Source: a virus
Lineage: Duplodnaviria; Heunggongvirae; Uroviricota; Caudoviricetes
Direction: 5' to 3' (one strand)
IMG/VR virus record: IMGVR_UViG_3300049044_000033
Location: 398,456-462,455 of that record
Length of the DNA: 64,000 nucleotides
This document shows positions 9,682 to 19,501 of the stretch, piece after piece. Each line of letters starts with the position of its first letter. The stretch's first letter is position 1. The notes under the pieces were generated by a model. It had not been told where the DNA came from. It ran no database searches and worked only from the letters and a program-made list of their open reading frames with translations. The position numbers and the translations under genes are program-made.

Positions 9682-10554
9682 TTACTTACTGGAAATTTCC
9701 AATTGAGTCAAGGTAAAGGGTGGATTTTCCCTCGGATAGCCCCTGGCATTGTTGGCATACACGACACCATCCTTCTCTACCATTTGCCTCTGGTGAGTAT
9801 GGCCATATATCCAACCTTTGATCTTCTTGTTTGTGTCGGCCTTGATGACCTGATCCAAACAAGTATTCACATAAGAGGGAGTAAGGGCATTCCAGACTGG
9901 ATTGTTGTCCTTCCACTCCATGAGATCAGCTCTCGGACTCATATGGGTGACCATAACGATGGATTCTACGTTTGCGTCATTTTGAGCGCCACGCACTTGA
10001 TCAGCAAGATTGAGACTTTGTGTCATAGCCAAGCGAAGTGGCGAATCCTTCCCGAAGTCAGGGTAACGAGAGTCATTGGAATAGGAGTTCCAAGCTCGCT
10101 GCGCCATAAAGCTTGAGATACCACGATCCGCATAAGCCTCAAAGTCATACCAAGCAGTGGCACCAAAGAATGCCACCCCATCTAGGATGAGGCTATTCTG
10201 TGAATCCAAATAGTAGACGTTTGGCAACCTAGATAGCTCTTCGGCTAAGAACTGCATCGCATTCTCGACCGTCATCTCGTCACTATAATGCTCATGGTTC
10301 CCATCGACAACAATCACATACTCATATTCGGCTGCGGCTGCTTCAATGACTTCCTTGGTGGTCATCATGCTATTCGAGGTGTCACCGGCAATGACAAGAA
10401 CCCTACTATCGGGATTCCTATACTGCGCCCAATCCAAATACAAGAACGTAGACTCATGAGGCTCACCCATCCAGCGACGGTGAGTTGGATCATGAAGTTG
10501 AGTAGTCCCGTGCCATGCATCAACATGGAGATCTGAACAGAAATCAATCTTCAC
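9682..10554 (-). CDS. calcineurin-like metallophosphoesterase
   Basis: SDLH, AGD, GNHEHY, VTHMSP, YGHTH, NARGY. Confidence 0.9.
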   Translation of the reverse strand: MKIDFCSDLHVDAWHGTTQLHDPTHRRWMGEPHESTFLYLDWAQYRNPDSRVLVIAGDTSNSMMTTKEVIEAAAAEYEYVIVVDGNHEHYSDEMTVENAMQFLAEELSRLPNVYYLDSQNSLILDGVAFFGATAWYDFEAYADRGISSFMAQRAWNSYSNDSRYPDFGKDSPLRLAMTQSLNLADQVRGAQNDANVESIVMVTHMSPRADLMEWKDNNPVWNALTPSYVNTCLDQVIKADTNKKIKGWIYGHTHQRQMVEKDGVVYANNARGYPRENPPFTLTQLEISSK

Positions 10555-10769
10555 TTGAACGATCCTCCATTGACTACAATCTCAGTCATGGTAGATTGGC
10601 TCTTCAATTGGCTAATCTCTTGGAGGAGTTCGTTCTCACGTAGGAGGAGTAAAGCCAAGCTATTCGAGAGATCATTGGCTTCGTCGATAGACATATTGAA
10701 TGTCTTACTCTGGCTTCTGGATTGCTGCCTCACCCGATCGATGAAACGCTGAATAGCACTAACGCTCAT
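10551..10769 (-). CDS. conserved hypothetical protein
   Basis: 72 aa, coupled to neighbours, ends GGSFK. Confidence 0.65.
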   Translation of the reverse strand: MSVSAIQRFIDRVRQQSRSQSKTFNMSIDEANDLSNSLALLLLRENELLQEISQLKSQSTMTEIVVNGGSFK

Positions 10770-11233
10770 GACTTATTACTCGACTGAATGGCTTCTTGAG
10801 TAGTCAACATAGTGACATGATTGGCTAGCTCTAACTTGCTTCGGAATGGACCCACTGATTCATAGTCCTGAGTTGTCTTCAGCTTAGGGCAGAGAACCAA
10901 CGTCCAACCCTTGGGGAATTTGAGACCCCAGTAGCCGGCGGCAAAGATTACCTTACCACCAATTGTGTAATGGGCAGGGCTTTCGCTCTTGACCATGATA
11001 TGCTCGTGGCGAACGGGATAACCCGCAATGGCGCTGACTTCTACTTCTTCCTGACGTTCTTCAAGCTTGAGCTTGCCGAACTTCTTTTCAACATCAGCAT
11101 AAGACTCGAATTCAATTCTCGACTGAGGGCTCATAAAGAGATAACCCTCGTCGATTTTGAATAACAGACCTGATGTGCCAGTGTTTGCGCGAATGAGCCA
11201 GCTATTGCTGGTCAGTTGGAGCATTTTGCTCAT
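10766..11233 (-). CDS. conserved hypothetical protein
   Basis: GYP...FAAGYW...CPKLKT..Y...GPF; GGAGG RBS. Confidence 0.7.
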   Translation of the reverse strand: MSKMLQLTSNSWLIRANTGTSGLLFKIDEGYLFMSPQSRIEFESYADVEKKFGKLKLEERQEEVEVSAIAGYPVRHEHIMVKSESPAHYTIGGKVIFAAGYWGLKFPKGWTLVLCPKLKTTQDYESVGPFRSKLELANHVTMLTTQEAIQSSNKS

Positions 11234-11291
11234 TACGACCTCCAGTTAATAGAACTACCATAGCAGAACTATTAACCAGAGTTCAATAAAC

Positions 11292-11630
11292 TCAGTCGGT
11301 TTTGCGATCGAGCGTTTCGGGCTTCTTCCAACCCATCGCCACATAGGCTTCATGGAAAAACGGGCGGGTTCTATCCCGTTCCTTGCTAGGATCCATAATA
11401 CCACGGCAGGTCAATACGCCCTGAACGTAGCCGATCCACCGGCTGATCTTATCAGCCGGCCATTCGTTGAGGTGAGCAATACACTGGTCAATCATCCAGT
11501 GGAGATGCTCATAGCACGTGTCGTCCCCTTCGAAGCCCTGCGCATACTCTTGGTCAAATGTGGGGAACTGCGTCTTAAGACCAGTCAACGTCTGCTCTAA
11601 GGCTACTCGAAGGGGCTTGTCGTCAATCAC
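11292..11630 (-). CDS. hypothetical protein
   Basis: HLHWM...DKISRWIGYVQGVL...RDRTRPFFH. Confidence 0.7.
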   Translation of the reverse strand: MIDDKPLRVALEQTLTGLKTQFPTFDQEYAQGFEGDDTCYEHLHWMIDQCIAHLNEWPADKISRWIGYVQGVLTCRGIMDPSKERDRTRPFFHEAYVAMGWKKPETLDRKTD

Positions 11631-12058
11631 TCTGCGGCTTCCGTAACTGACGGGCGATAATAGTCACTGGAAGAGCGACTATCCAGACGATGATCATCAT
11701 TCTTGTCGTTGGCCCAGGCACTCACAATGTAGCCTTCACGCGCCAGCACATAAGAGAAGTCATAGTCCTCATGTAAATTGTGGACACGAATAAGCATCTT
11801 CTGGATGCGATTCATTGACTCACCATACTCGTTGAGCAATTCATAATACTCAACAAGAGTGTTGGAGGAGTGGAAGATCTCTTCCCTCGTGGGCAAAACA
11901 ATGATGCAACGCTTGTCTTCCATCAACTGCTCAGCAGCGTGGTAGGTTACATCAACATCTTTGATCTGACCCAAAAACTCCATACACATTTCGCCAGTGT
12001 TTTCGGGGAAATAAATTTTATGGTGGTAACGACGAAGGTTAAGGCGTTCACGTGCCAT
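11627..12058 (-). CDS. hypothetical protein
   Basis: 143 aa, translationally coupled. Confidence 0.65.
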   Translation of the reverse strand: MARERLNLRRYHHKIYFPENTGEMCMEFLGQIKDVDVTYHAAEQLMEDKRCIIVLPTREEIFHSSNTLVEYYELLNEYGESMNRIQKMLIRVHNLHEDYDFSYVLAREGYIVSAWANDKNDDHRLDSRSSSDYYRPSVTEAAE

Positions 12059-12633
12059 TACTGTGCGATCTCCTTGAGAAGCTCTTCGACCTTTTTACGT
12101 TCGCAGAGCCTGCGGTTTTTAAAGCGGCTATCATCTTCAGGGACAGAAAAAACTAGGTAGTCCCTGACAAGCGGATGTAGCCGATCCGGTGGTCCTGCTT
12201 CTGCGGGGACCTCAAATTCCGCCATTGCCAAGTAGATGCCTTGTTCGTCTTTGAAGAAGTCGATTTCCCAAACACCTGCGGTATTTGTGCAGGGCAGTAG
12301 AAAACGTGTTTTCGAAATCCTGTGATCTGCTTCGCTCCACGCGAGCCAATAGTCCTCCTCTGACATTGCGGTTTCGATCTCTAAACAGCCGGGTTGGCTG
12401 GTCAGATCATACTTGTATGTAAAAATGTTCTCAGTGAGGTTCTCACTAAGAACTTCCCCCTTATGGACAGACCAAACTCGACGACGAATCCGGCCTCCCT
12501 TGCCCAAATACGCTTGCGCGATTTCGGCCCTCCCCACAATTAACCCGGAAGTCGTAGCAGCTGAAAGCCTCTCCCATAGCTCATCGGGCGAGCGAAGGAC
12601 ATATTTAAATTCACGTTCAATTGGCATTTGCAA
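12058..12633 (-). CDS. CYTH-domain (triphosphate tunnel) protein
   Basis: IEREFKY, QAYL, RIR, EIE, ISKTRF, WEIDFF, AEFE. Confidence 0.85.
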   Translation of the reverse strand: MQMPIEREFKYVLRSPDELWERLSAATTSGLIVGRAEIAQAYLGKGGRIRRRVWSVHKGEVLSENLTENIFTYKYDLTSQPGCLEIETAMSEEDYWLAWSEADHRISKTRFLLPCTNTAGVWEIDFFKDEQGIYLAMAEFEVPAEAGPPDRLHPLVRDYLVFSVPEDDSRFKNRRLCERKKVEELLKEIAQ

Positions 12634-12727
12634 CTTTCCCCTACGCTCATGCGTTGTATTGCGTCACAGGGGCGGGGTGTCAACACCTTTATTAACTTCT
12701 AACACCACCGCCTCTGTTAACTCTAAT

Positions 12728-13777
12728 TCAAACCTGACTGTAGCCTGCTTGTAGTAAAGTAGCGTAGTCGTTGGGGTTTTTTGCCAAATTGTGCAGAGCC
12801 ATCTCTTCACAGAACTTCAAGAAGTAAATACCCACGCCCTGTTTCCTGGGTTGCTGACAGGCTTGAATAATCACAGAATCCATGAGTTCTTTGACTTCGT
12901 CGGGCTGTTGCCTGAGGTCGATGAGCTGCTGATTGCGCTTGTAGGCATCGAGGACTTTGACCATATTGCCTTCATGATCCTCCCACTCATCCTGCATAAA
13001 CATCGTCCAGTCATAGCCACGACCCTGTCTATCATCGAACGCCTCCTTGATTCCCGGCTTCTTCGAACTTCCGTTCTCACGAACTCCAGGCTTGGCCGAC
13101 ATGATGTTGTCAGTTGCGTCGCCTCTGATGATCTTCTTGAAGAGTTCATACTCTGGGTTAGGAGGTAGAATCTCTTCCTTGATCTTCTTCTTGACCTCGC
13201 GAACCTTGCCAGTCTTACCGATGATCTTCTCTATAACGGTCTTTTCCTTAACAGCAGGTTTACCGTTCTCATCCAAGACTGAATCAACGGTAAAGGTCAC
13301 AGACTTCACACCGTCGTAGATCTTGACGTTTGGAGCAAGTAGCTGGTAGAAGTCCGAGTCACTAGACATGATGATATGCTGGTCATCGGGATGAAGATCA
13401 ATCCAGCGAGCAATGAAATCATCAGCTTCGCATCCAGGCGATTCGAGGATGGTTACGTTGGTGCGCTTTTTGAGGAACTCGATAAAGAGCTTCATCGTGT
13501 CAAAGTAGAGTTCATCTTCTTCGCGCTCTGCCTTAGTCTTAAGAGCGTCTTGAACTCGGCGATGTGCCTTATATTCGGGATAGATTTCTTTGCGCCACGA
13601 GCTCTTATCTAGAGCCACAACAATGTGAGTGGCTTTGTAATCACGCCACAGTTTCCTGAGGCTGTTGAAGCAGATGTGAAGCGCCATTCCTGCCTTCGTC
13701 ACAGCGTCGCCCATAGTGGCGTGCTTACAACGGTGGAACAAATTGCTGACATCTACGATTGCGTAGGTTGCAGTCAT
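12728..13777 (-). CDS. rnh: T4-type RNase H / 5'-3' exonuclease
   Basis: IVDVSNL, SWRKEIYPEYKAHR, EADDFI, SSDSDFYQL, GDATDNI, RNQQLIDL. Confidence 0.9.
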   Translation of the reverse strand: MTATYAIVDVSNLFHRCKHATMGDAVTKAGMALHICFNSLRKLWRDYKATHIVVALDKSSWRKEIYPEYKAHRRVQDALKTKAEREEDELYFDTMKLFIEFLKKRTNVTILESPGCEADDFIARWIDLHPDDQHIIMSSDSDFYQLLAPNVKIYDGVKSVTFTVDSVLDENGKPAVKEKTVIEKIIGKTGKVREVKKKIKEEILPPNPEYELFKKIIRGDATDNIMSAKPGVRENGSSKKPGIKEAFDDRQGRGYDWTMFMQDEWEDHEGNMVKVLDAYKRNQQLIDLRQQPDEVKELMDSVIIQACQQPRKQGVGIYFLKFCEEMALHNLAKNPNDYATLLQAGYSQV

Positions 13778-13782
13778 AAAAA

Positions 13783-13817
13783 CTCCTGAGTGTCACCTAA
13801 TGTAACACCCAGGAGTC
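13783..13817 (-). terminator. 15-bp hairpin with U-tract covering the rnh RBS
   Basis: ACTCCTGGGTGTTAC/GTGACACTCAGGAGT, fully paired with G:U only on the minus strand, followed by TTTT ATG. Confidence 0.65.
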
Positions 13818-13833
13818 TAGAAAATCATTATTC

Positions 13834-14688
13834 TTAACGGTATTCTGTCAGACCATCATCCCGTCTCGTCCTCTGACTACCGGCTAGTGGCATGGGATCA
13901 TCCGATCCATCATCAATAGAATCTAAGTCTTCTAAGTGAAGCATTTGCCTCATCGCACCTTCGAACCATTTGTCAATGATATCATCAGCCGATACACCAG
14001 TGTAGCCTAGCTTTTCGAGGAACTGAATGAAATACTCATTCCAATCGAGTTCAATAGCCATCTGGACGTTATCGCCCTTTATGGACTGATCCCCTCCGAC
14101 CATGGTCCACCAAGGTTCACGAAGCAAAGTAGCTACTTCTTTATCGTGCTGATTTTGAGAAATGTTTCCCCATTTGAGTTCAAGACCCAGTTGGTCGACC
14201 TGATAATCAATTGAGGTCTTGTCCTCAAACTTCATATCAAGCAAGTCGTGATCAGCTTCCTCTTCGGTCTTCTTACCAAAGCGAACATCTAGCTTGAGCT
14301 TTTCTTTCTTATAATGCTCAGTATCCTTGGTAGCATACTGAAGCTCAAAAAGCTTATATTCTAGTTCTTCATCAGTTATTCGACCAAAACGCTTTAGGTA
14401 ATGCGCAATCTTACGTTCACGATCAACATCAGCACTGGTTGGATCATTCTCAATCAAGCCAAGACCGTAATCAAATTCGCCAACCTTATGGTAGCGATAA
14501 TCCAGCTTTAGCTTGTCGAGACGATACTCTTTGGACTCTTTGTCATCATGGTTGATTTCTAGGAGTTTATAGGCGAGGTCTTCGCCATCCCAGTGATACT
14601 CCGCGAGGGCAATCTCTCGACGCTTGCCTGCCATGCCCCAATTTGCGGGCCACCAACTAAATGGGATAACTCTATTAATCTTTGCCAT
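13834..14688 (-). CDS. conserved hypothetical protein with internal repeats
   Basis: Repeated K(L)KLD..Y/F.K...E..D units; EPW and ELDWN.YFI motifs. Confidence 0.7.
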   Translation of the reverse strand: MAKINRVIPFSWWPANWGMAGKRREIALAEYHWDGEDLAYKLLEINHDDKESKEYRLDKLKLDYRYHKVGEFDYGLGLIENDPTSADVDRERKIAHYLKRFGRITDEELEYKLFELQYATKDTEHYKKEKLKLDVRFGKKTEEEADHDLLDMKFEDKTSIDYQVDQLGLELKWGNISQNQHDKEVATLLREPWWTMVGGDQSIKGDNVQMAIELDWNEYFIQFLEKLGYTGVSADDIIDKWFEGAMRQMLHLEDLDSIDDGSDDPMPLAGSQRTRRDDGLTEYR

Positions 14689-14700
14689 GATTCACCTCTT

Positions 14701-15225
14701 TTACTGTGTATTTAACCCGACAAAGTTGAGTATCTGAGTTATGCGATCCACCTTTGGATCATTCGTGACCTTAGTGTAAGGAGTCGAAGTTGAATCAAGA
14801 AGGTTCTTGATCTGATCGTCTAAGTGGACAGCTTGCTCAGCAGTCTGATTCCTACCAGCAGCCTTATACTCAAAGTCTCGACCAATGAGGAAGTTGTGAT
14901 TCTCATAAGAGTTGAACACTTCCAAGGAGAGCGGCTTGAAGTTAGAGAAGTAGGGTTCAGGCATATAGCAGAGACCTAGGATCAACGGGCTATCAGTGAC
15001 AACCCATTCGACTTGTCCCTTGAGACGAGAAAGTCGACGATTCTGCTTTGCTAGGATGTAGAGCTGGTCCTGGAGAACATTGTGACGTGCTTCCCAGGTC
15101 AAGTCCTTGGCATACTCGGTTACTAGCTCAACTTCAAGCTGCTGCTTCTTCATCTCAAAGAATAAGCCTGCCGCTGTGGTAGACTTACCTGCCCCTGGTC
15201 CGCCGAAAACATTTATGATTTTCAT
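14701..15225 (-). CDS. P-loop kinase (NadR/AAA_28-like)
   Basis: INVFGGPGAGKST, EYAK, VTDSPL, GRNQT. Confidence 0.8.
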   Translation of the reverse strand: MKIINVFGGPGAGKSTTAAGLFFEMKKQQLEVELVTEYAKDLTWEARHNVLQDQLYILAKQNRRLSRLKGQVEWVVTDSPLILGLCYMPEPYFSNFKPLSLEVFNSYENHNFLIGRDFEYKAAGRNQTAEQAVHLDDQIKNLLDSTSTPYTKVTNDPKVDRITQILNFVGLNTQ

Positions 15226-15356
15226 TTGCTAGATACCCTGTCTTCCATCTTCTTGATCTGTGCTTCGATCACTCGTAGGCGTCTCTGGAGAGTATCCCGT
15301 AATTCGAGAAGACTCTCCAGATCCAAGAACTCAACATGAAAGCGTTCGTTCTTCAC
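15222..15356 (-). CDS. small coiled-coil protein (44 aa)
   Basis: Manual translation from GTG 15356; its stop forms an ATGA overlap with the kinase start. Confidence 0.45.
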   Translation of the reverse strand: MKNERFHVEFLDLESLLELRDTLQRRLRVIEAQIKKMEDRVSSK

Positions 15357-15365
15357 TTCTAGTCC

Positions 15366-15617
15366 TTAGATGGACGTCACGTCAGTGACTGTGCCCCACA
15401 GGTGAGCCGCCACGTTATCACGCTTTGCTTCAATGATGCTGCGGTTTGTAGAATCGTCGGGAAGTTCAGCAATGATGAAACGTTCGCCGATATTGCTCTG
15501 AACTACGAGCTGGAGAATGATTCCAGTGCTGTCTTCGGTTGGGGTTTCCCAAATCTCGAGGTCGATTAGTTCGCTCGAGTTCACGATAGAACCGCTGGGA
15601 AAGAGTAGTGCTGCCAT
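15366..15617 (-). CDS. hypothetical protein
   Basis: 83 aa, AGGA RBS. Confidence 0.55.
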   Translation of the reverse strand: MAALLFPSGSIVNSSELIDLEIWETPTEDSTGIILQLVVQSNIGERFIIAELPDDSTNRSIIEAKRDNVAAHLWGTVTDVTSI

Positions 15618-15629
15618 TTTATTTTGTCC

Positions 15630-16517
15630 TTATTTGCCAATAACGTTGCCAAAGACCCAGGTATGAACTCGGGCACTCACAGAGTATCCACGTTCAACTG
15701 CCTGTTCGGCAATCTTAGCCTGATGGCTTTCCTGCATTTCGCGATCAGCACCAACAGGCATAATCCATACGTCCCAGTTGATACCAGCTTCGCGATAAGC
15801 CTCAGTGGCCCGCTTCACTTCATCCCAGGAACGGTCACTGCCGTTGCTTACAAACTTCAGCTGCCCGTGATCACTAATTTTCTTGTATTCAGCTAAAACC
15901 TCTGGCTTAATAGCGTTAGACCAAAGTTCACCCGACAAGTAGAGCTTAGGGGAAACCGACCAGAAGAGTTCACCAGCATAGGAACCTGCATGCCAATCAA
16001 AATACTTCTGGAATGGCTCACGAGGCTTCTGGGTACCATTAGTCTCGAAGGTCACAAACTTAGGAGTATTGAGACGCGCTTCAAAGTTCTGCATCACATC
16101 AACAACTGCGGTCTGGCTCATCATCGGCTCGCCACCTGTGAATGCCATATGGTGCCACTGCTTTGATTCAGGATGAAGAAACTTACCACCGGGCAACACT
16201 GCTTCAATCTTATCGCAGATTTCTGCTGCCGTGCTCTTGTGAGCTAAGTGACCAAACTTTTGCGCCCAGCTGTAAGAGCTATCACAGCCACGATGAAAAA
16301 CTGGAAGAGCTTCCATGGACTTGTATTCCGATGGATCAATCTTCAAGTAATCTAGGTCATAGGTCTCTGGCTTATCAGGCTGTTCTTGGCCGAATCCTGC
16401 ACATTCAAAGTTACAGCCCCATACTCGCAACCATGCGGTTGGTCGACCTGTATAAGCACCTTCGCCCTGAAAGGTCTGTCCGAAGATTTCGGAGTAACGG
16501 TATTTCTTTTCTGTCAT
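15630..16517 (-). CDS. queE: 7-carboxy-7-deazaguanine synthase (radical SAM)
   Basis: SEIF..TFQGEG..TGRP, CNFEC...CDS with insertion, TGGEP, ETNGT, VSPKL, RVH. Confidence 0.9.
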   Translation of the reverse strand: MTEKKYRYSEIFGQTFQGEGAYTGRPTAWLRVWGCNFECAGFGQEQPDKPETYDLDYLKIDPSEYKSMEALPVFHRGCDSSYSWAQKFGHLAHKSTAAEICDKIEAVLPGGKFLHPESKQWHHMAFTGGEPMMSQTAVVDVMQNFEARLNTPKFVTFETNGTQKPREPFQKYFDWHAGSYAGELFWSVSPKLYLSGELWSNAIKPEVLAEYKKISDHGQLKFVSNGSDRSWDEVKRATEAYREAGINWDVWIMPVGADREMQESHQAKIAEQAVERGYSVSARVHTWVFGNVIGK

Positions 16518-16520
16518 AAA

Positions 16521-17081
16521 TCACCACTTGAATAGGTCGGATTGTATCCGAACGGCTTCTCTCGGCTTCGCCTTCATAATATCATCCATAGAATCAGTAA
16601 GAATATGCCGGTGCTCAGTTATTCCGAGGTCATCTAGTCTTTTAATCAAATCTTCTAATTCAGAATAGGTCATCTTTTTATAGCGGGTTTCCCACTCACT
16701 TACCGCTTCTTTAACAATCTGAATTGCAACATCCTTCGGAACTTTATACCATTCTCCGTGACCAGTAAGATCAGTTTCTGATTTTCGAGAGGTGTAGCCT
16801 CTAATTCGTAATAAACTATGAGCTATTGATTCAATCTCTCTCGCAGACTCGGATGCTTTCTGCCAATCAAATTCAGTTTCTACTTTGTGGGTAAAATAGA
16901 ACTCTAAAACCCTGATATTTCCTTGCTGTAATGCTCGGCGTCTTTGATAGTATGGATCAGTATGATCACTCTCAGTTAGTATGCCAACTTTGAAATAATC
17001 TGAAGATATTGCAATATCTTCAGGCTGAACTTCTGATTCACCTAAGACATACACAAATGCTTTGCTCTGGATTGTGCTCAT
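16521..17081 (-). CDS. T5orf172/GIY-YIG-like nuclease domain protein
   Basis: FVYVL...FKVGI...R.ALQQGN...E..AH..L...GEWY; ATGA overlap gives start 17081. Confidence 0.7.
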   Translation of the reverse strand: MSTIQSKAFVYVLGESEVQPEDIAISSDYFKVGILTESDHTDPYYQRRRALQQGNIRVLEFYFTHKVETEFDWQKASESAREIESIAHSLLRIRGYTSRKSETDLTGHGEWYKVPKDVAIQIVKEAVSEWETRYKKMTYSELEDLIKRLDDLGITEHRHILTDSMDDIMKAKPREAVRIQSDLFKW

Positions 17082-17581
17082 GCCTTCCACCATTCTTCAT
17101 AGGGGAATACAACCCAGGAGTCATTTTCACTTCGGTTAATCTCTCGACCCACATAGTTGGGATCAAAGAGATCCTGTCCAATGTTGTTCCAAAGAACCGC
17201 TGTCTTGAGATCATTTGAGAAATCATACTCTTCAACATCATCAAGGTTACACAGGATCTCATCCAATGTATCTACTACATTACGGAGAGTATCTCCGCCA
17301 TCGCAAATATCATCTACAAGGAGGACCTTTTTCTTTTCCTTGATCTTCAGAGCCACGTCATTCATTTCAGATGCCTGGCTGACCTTGCGATCACGAAGAG
17401 AGTAGTTGATAACCTCAAGAGGTTTGCCGAGATAGTGACTCAACATCGTAGCGGGCACTAATCCCCCGCGAGCAATACCAACGATGATATCAGGAGCGAA
17501 GCCCTCAAGAGTCATCTGGCGCAGGATCTCTTGGAGATCGCCGCGCAGTTGGGTATTAGTGTAGATAATCTTTTCGGGCAT
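17078..17581 (-). CDS. purine phosphoribosyltransferase (Gpt/Hpt-like)
   Basis: IVGIARGGLVPA, PRPP motif VLLVDDICDGGDT, WVVFPYE. Confidence 0.9.
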   Translation of the reverse strand: MPEKIIYTNTQLRGDLQEILRQMTLEGFAPDIIVGIARGGLVPATMLSHYLGKPLEVINYSLRDRKVSQASEMNDVALKIKEKKKVLLVDDICDGGDTLRNVVDTLDEILCNLDDVEEYDFSNDLKTAVLWNNIGQDLFDPNYVGREINRSENDSWVVFPYEEWWKA

Positions 17582-17884
17582 TTAACACCACTTCAATATA
17601 CACCAAATGGCAAGTTTGCGGTCCAACTCTACTACCACATATTCATGAACTGTGATACACTGGAACTCAGGACAAACTTGCCAGATCCAATCCATGGCCT
17701 CACTTCCTTCCACTACGGCAAAGAACTTTTGACCAAGATGTAAAACCGAGCGCCGCTTTTCATGACTCCGTTCAAAGAAAAAGTTATCACCTAGTAGCTC
17801 AGTGGCTTCTTTGGCTTCTTCTTCTGTTAACCCAAATTCCAACATAGCTGGAATGTGGCGATCATAGAGGGCGCTCGGTAGCAC
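17582..17884 (-). CDS. hypothetical protein, divergent FKLxW-like C-terminus
   Basis: MDWIWQ...VVVELDRKLAIWCILKWC. Confidence 0.55.
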   Translation of the reverse strand: MLPSALYDRHIPAMLEFGLTEEEAKEATELLGDNFFFERSHEKRRSVLHLGQKFFAVVEGSEAMDWIWQVCPEFQCITVHEYVVVELDRKLAIWCILKWC

Positions 17885-17887
17885 AGA

Positions 17888-18622
17888 TCAGCCGTGACCC
17901 TTCATGCTCAGCATGATCTTGTAGAACTCATCCTTGAGGGACTGGTCTTCACGGAACTTGCCACGCATAATTGCGGTGGTCATGTCGCTCTCATGTTCCT
18001 TGACACCGCGGTGAGTCATACAGTGATGCTCTGCCTTCAGGACAACCGCAACGTTTGGCGTCTCAGCATAGGTGACCAATTCGTCAGCAATCTGACTGGT
18101 CATCTCTTCCTGAATCTGAGGACGTTCAGCAATCCAGTGAACTAGACGGTTGAACTTCGACAGGCCGATGACCTTGTCTTCTGGGAAGATACCAACCCAG
18201 CAGTTACCCACAATGTTCTGGAAGTGGTGAGCACAAGTTGAACGAATCGAAATAGGACCAGCACAATAGAGATCCTGGTAACCGATGTTGGGGAAGCTTG
18301 TGATCTTAGGTGCTGGCGTATAGCGACCACCATAAGTTTCATTGACATACATCTTGGCCACGCGACGAGCAGTATCCTGCGTATTGTGGTCATTGTCGAT
18401 GTCAATGACGAGGCTACGAAGAACCTCTTCCATCTTGGCTGCTACTTCGTCGACTAGTGCCGCGCGATCGCCTTCCTCAAGGTAAGCCGAGATGTTGTGA
18501 TTGCAGGAAAACTTTGCTCCTGCTTCAAGGAGGCGCTCACGAATCTTTTCAGAAACTGGAACCTCTTGCCCATGGATGCAGTCATTGGAACCGCAACCGG
18601 CGGTAAGTTTGGTATCGGACAT
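17888..18622 (-). CDS. folE: GTP cyclohydrolase I
   Basis: TARRVAKMY, STCAHH, GLSKFNR, RPQIQE, HHCMTHRGV. Confidence 0.95.
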   Translation of the reverse strand: MSDTKLTAGCGSNDCIHGQEVPVSEKIRERLLEAGAKFSCNHNISAYLEEGDRAALVDEVAAKMEEVLRSLVIDIDNDHNTQDTARRVAKMYVNETYGGRYTPAPKITSFPNIGYQDLYCAGPISIRSTCAHHFQNIVGNCWVGIFPEDKVIGLSKFNRLVHWIAERPQIQEEMTSQIADELVTYAETPNVAVVLKAEHHCMTHRGVKEHESDMTTAIMRGKFREDQSLKDEFYKIMLSMKGHG

Positions 18623-18689
18623 TTACTGTCTCTCCTTATTGTTATTCAGCATTGTATTTAGAAAGGCGCCAAAGTGTCAATATCTGGCT

Positions 18690-19064
18690 TTAATTGCTCA
18701 GCTTGTAGAGCACCAGAAAATTGTTGTGGAATTTATCTGCGTCTTCTTGGAATTCAAAGTAGAACTTTATTATCGCCTCGCAGAGAACAGCATCGCTGTC
18801 ATCCTCATCTTTGATGAGAAAGCCCTCTTCATCAAGCCATGTAGAGGTGTATTCGTAAGTCCAAATACCTTGATTATTAGTTTCACAAAAATCCACGACT
18901 TCTTCGACATAGGTATAGACTTGGTCACGGTGATAGCTCTCGATATCCCCATGTAGCTTAATCCTGATCCTATTGGCCGACATTTGGGTGAGGACTTCTG
19001 GTTGCTTCTTAATAACCTTGAAATCAACATACTTAGACGACCTTTTTGTTTCGATGAGTTTCAT
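18690..19064 (-). CDS. FKLxW-related family protein
   Basis: FCETNNQGIW...FYFEFQEDADKF...YKLS. Confidence 0.6.
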   Translation of the reverse strand: MKLIETKRSSKYVDFKVIKKQPEVLTQMSANRIRIKLHGDIESYHRDQVYTYVEEVVDFCETNNQGIWTYEYTSTWLDEEGFLIKDEDDSDAVLCEAIIKFYFEFQEDADKFHNNFLVLYKLSN

Positions 19065-19501
19065 TAGGTACTCAGTTTCAAAACTGTGGCACAGTTCTTG
19101 AGGAAAGGTTCAATGTCTTCCTCATTCTCAAAGTGGATAGTGACCTGACCTGTCCCTGTGCCAAGATCTCTTGGACGTCCCGAAGCAGAGTCCCATTCAG
19201 TTTCCCGGCGATATGACTTAGTGAGGGTCCAGAAGCCGGTGCAGTTATCATCGCAATAGGTATGCAGATCTTCTAGAACCTTATCGATATCAGCGTGATC
19301 CGCATTACTGCTCCCCAGATTGGATGTTGTGAGCCTCATCAAAACCTTATTGCGATGAAAGGCCATCACGAGATCTCGAAAGCCTTCTTTCGGCTTCCAA
19401 GTTGGCCAGGATGATAGACGACCGTCTTTGTCAACATCCTCAAAGACATCACGCTCAATGAACCGCGACCTACGAATTACACCGAAAGTGATATCAACCA
19501 T
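19064..19501 (-). CDS. FKLxW-related family protein
   Basis: YCDDNCTGFW...IHFENEEDIEPF...LKLS; paralog of its neighbour. Confidence 0.6.
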   Translation of the reverse strand: MVDITFGVIRRSRFIERDVFEDVDKDGRLSSWPTWKPKEGFRDLVMAFHRNKVLMRLTTSNLGSSNADHADIDKVLEDLHTYCDDNCTGFWTLTKSYRRETEWDSASGRPRDLGTGTGQVTIHFENEEDIEPFLKNCATVLKLST

